Shown piece after piece: positions 15,593 through 17,640 of a stretch of DNA of 17,640 bases. The notes under the pieces were generated by a model, which made no database searches, was not told the origin of the DNA, and saw nothing but the letters and a program-made list of their open reading frames with translations. The first letter of the stretch is position 1, and the number at the start of each line of letters is the position of its first letter. This stretch comes from an uncultured Deinococcales bacterium (lineage in GTDB: Bacteria > Deinococcota > Deinococci > Deinococcales > JAAFIG01), in the NCBI GenBank assembly GCA_964247135.1, contig CAXTTL010000088.1, positions 1 to 17,640 of the forward strand, read 5' to 3'. The translations under genes and the position numbers were made by a program.

Positions 15593-16675
15593 ATGGCTGA
15601 ATCCAATTCAGGGGTCACGCTCGCCGATGTCGCCAAGCTTGCCGGCGTTTCCAAAATGACCGTTTCCAACGTCATCAACGGCAAAAACGGCATGTCGCAG
15701 GAAACCCGTCAGCGCGTCTTAAAGGCGATCAGCCAATGCGGTTACGTGGCAAACTCGGCGGCTCGAGTTTTGGCTGGGCAGAGCATGAACCTGTTGGGTG
15801 TGATTTTGCCCCAGTTTGATTCTTTGTACCTCAACGAAATTTTGCTGGGCGCGAGCGTTGCCGCCGAAAAAAATGGTTTTGATTTGGCGGTTTTTACCAC
15901 CTCGAGCAACATCAAACGTGAACGCGAACGGGCGACTTTGCTGCGTAGTCTTGCCGATGGGGTTTTGCTTTTGATGCCCGTGGCGGACGAGCATCAGATT
16001 TTTATGAATTCCATTCCGGTCGTGACCATCAATGCCGACGGAACCTACACCATTCAGGCGGACAACAAGCGCGGCGGTCAACTGGCGGCACAACATTTGC
16101 TCGATCTGGGTCATACCCGCATCGCGCACATTCATTTCCCAACCGAAACCGTCAAATCCAAAGAAGATGTTGTCTATGTCCCCCGAGCCGATGTCCTCGA
16201 GCGTCAGCAAGGGTTTTTGGAAACCTTGCAGTTGGCTGGAATCAAAACCCCTAAAGAATATTTGGTTAAATGCAACACCATCAATTGCTGGGTTGAGGGT
16301 GCCGCCCAAGACGCAGCACTGACCCTGCTCAATCTTGATCTGCCGCCGAGCGCCATTTTTGCCGCCAGCGACGAGATGGCAATCGGTGTTTTGCGAGCCG
16401 CCCAGATCATGGGCTTGCGCGTTCCCGAAGACCTGTCAATCATTGGCTTTGACGATGCGCCACGTTCCGCCAACACCAATCCCCCCTTAACCACCGTGCG
16501 TCAACCCTTGCGCGAGATGGGCGCGGCTGCCGCACAACTCTTAAGCGACTTGGCTCGAGGGGAAACCCCATTTGAGCCTCACCCCTGTTTTCCAACTTCA
16601 TTGATCGTTCGCGCCTCAACGGCTTTACCAAACAAGCAATCTCGAGTATCAAAGGTTCTGGAACTGAGGAGGTAA
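15593..16675 (+). CDS. LacI-family transcriptional regulator
   Basis: TLADVAKLAGVSKMTVSNVIN HTH, AARVL hinge, LGHTRIA, AIFAASDEMA, VPEDLSIIGFDD, PPLTTVRQP. Confidence 0.97.
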   Translation: MAESNSGVTLADVAKLAGVSKMTVSNVINGKNGMSQETRQRVLKAISQCGYVANSAARVLAGQSMNLLGVILPQFDSLYLNEILLGASVAAEKNGFDLAVFTTSSNIKRERERATLLRSLADGVLLLMPVADEHQIFMNSIPVVTINADGTYTIQADNKRGGQLAAQHLLDLGHTRIAHIHFPTETVKSKEDVVYVPRADVLERQQGFLETLQLAGIKTPKEYLVKCNTINCWVEGAAQDAALTLLNLDLPPSAIFAASDEMAIGVLRAAQIMGLRVPEDLSIIGFDDAPRSANTNPPLTTVRQPLREMGAAAAQLLSDLARGETPFEPHPCFPTSLIVRASTALPNKQSRVSKVLELRR

Positions 16676-16733
16676 AGGCAAGGAAATTCGTTTTTTTGGT
16701 TCGCAGGATTCAAACGTTTTCAGGAGGATTGAC

Positions 16734-17640
16734 ATGAACAATCGAAACAAGAGTTTATTGGCAATGGCAGGGGTCGCGGCGGTCAGTTTCTTCGCCTTCG
16801 CCCAAGAACTTCCGCGCAATCAAACGCTCTACATTGGCGGTTTTCAATGGGGACCACCGACCAGTTACAACCCCGTCGGTTCTGGTGTGGCTTGGCCCGC
16901 TCAAGGGCAGTACGAGTACATTTACGAAACCTTGTACGGCTATAACCTTCTCACCGGTGCGCTCGACCCGATTCTGGCTTCCAAACTCGAGCAACCAGAC
17001 GGATCAACCTTAAAAGTGACCCTGCAAGACGGCACGCGCTGGCAGGACGGCAAAGCCTTGACGAGCAAAGATGTTTTGTACAGCTTTGAGCTTGCCAAAC
17101 GCCAAAACGTTTCTTACACCGCGTTCTGGGATTACGTCTCGAGCATGACCATCAACGATGCCAAGACCTTGACGATCAAACTGAACACGAAGAAACTCAA
17201 CATTGGTCTGGTCAAACAAAACCTGGCGTACACCGCTATTTTGCCGCAACACATCTGGGCTGGACTCGAGAAGAGCGAAAAGTCATTAATCGGTTATTCC
17301 AACATGAAACCCATCGGTTCTGGACCCTATATTCTCAGCAGCGCCAACAATGAACGCGTTGTGCTACAACGCAACGAAAAATATTGGGGCAAAAAAGTCT
17401 ACGGTATGCCAGCTCCCAAGTACGTGGTTCACCCGATTTTCAAATCCAACGACGCGGGCAACCTGGCGTTCGAGCAGGGTCAAGTTGATCTAAGCCAGCA
17501 ATTTGCGCCCGAAATCTGGAAGATGTGGGAAGACAAGAAATTGCCAGTTTCCACCTGGTCAAAATCTGAACTGATCCACGTTCCTGGTTCGATCCCACTG
17601 GTCTTTTTCAACACCGCCACGAAAGGGCTTGACAACGTGT
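16734..17640 (+). CDS. ABC transporter family-5 solute-binding protein, oligosaccharide-binding type; runs off the window edge
   Basis: Not in the ORF track; AGGAGG SD then an open frame to the end: MNNRNKSLLAMAGVAAVSFFAFA-QELPRNQTLYIGGFQWGPPTSYNP...RWQDGKALTSKDVLYSF...PIGSGPY...RNEKYWG. Resembles Thermotoga cello-oligosaccharide-binding proteins (recall). Confidence 0.92.
   Translation, partial: MNNRNKSLLAMAGVAAVSFFAFAQELPRNQTLYIGGFQWGPPTSYNPVGSGVAWPAQGQYEYIYETLYGYNLLTGALDPILASKLEQPDGSTLKVTLQDGTRWQDGKALTSKDVLYSFELAKRQNVSYTAFWDYVSSMTINDAKTLTIKLNTKKLNIGLVKQNLAYTAILPQHIWAGLEKSEKSLIGYSNMKPIGSGPYILSSANNERVVLQRNEKYWGKKVYGMPAPKYVVHPIFKSNDAGNLAFEQGQVDLSQQFAPEIWKMWEDKKLPVSTWSKSELIHVPGSIPLVFFNTATKGLDNV

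Larger units (their letters stand above)
69..17270. repeat. Dispersed highly iterated palindrome CTCGAG
   Basis: About 122 copies by hand count, e.g. 69, 103, 258, 390, 444, 556, 571 ... 16986, 17138, 17265. Confidence 0.97.

Noticed and set aside
218-17252. Remaining short or antisense ORFs in the track (e.g. 1555..2187, 5929..6657, 11007..11570, 15719..16309)
   Set aside because: They are shadows of well-supported genes, with no independent motifs or start signals.
69-17270. CTCGAG copies as a CRISPR/REP array or cloning scars
   Set aside because: Spacing is irregular, flanks are not conserved, and the sites sit in intact reading frames without disrupting them.
15050-17640. tRNA-Arg as the attachment site of an integrated element
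   Set aside because: No integrase and no duplicated tRNA 3' end seen in the window; cannot be excluded beyond the edge.

Overview
Bacterial chromosomal window, most likely Deinococcota. This is an inference from protein similarities and from many SD-less genes that have a TANNNT -10 box 6-10 nt before the start codon. Left part: a translationally coupled hemA-hemC-hemD-hemB operon (minus strand, hemB cut by the edge) divergent from hemL. Between them lies a two-gene accessory module: a minimal nucleotidyltransferase-like (DUF6932-type) protein and an Xre-HTH protein, with its own promoter and palindromic operator. Middle: an ABC exporter pair followed by an AT-rich gene with an apparent nonsense mutation, a GlcD-like FAD oxidase, a HEAT/LRV-repeat protein, an S41 peptidase, a membrane protein, an MFS transporter, a PrsA/SurA-type foldase and tRNA-Arg(CCG). 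Right: a LacI regulator with tandem operators and a family-5 oligosaccharide-binding protein (cut by the edge). The dominant unexplained signal is the palindrome CTCGAG, hand-counted about 122 times (one per ~145 bp, versus about 4-5 expected). It occurs in all reading frames and in intergenic DNA, resembling a HIP1-like highly iterated palindrome.
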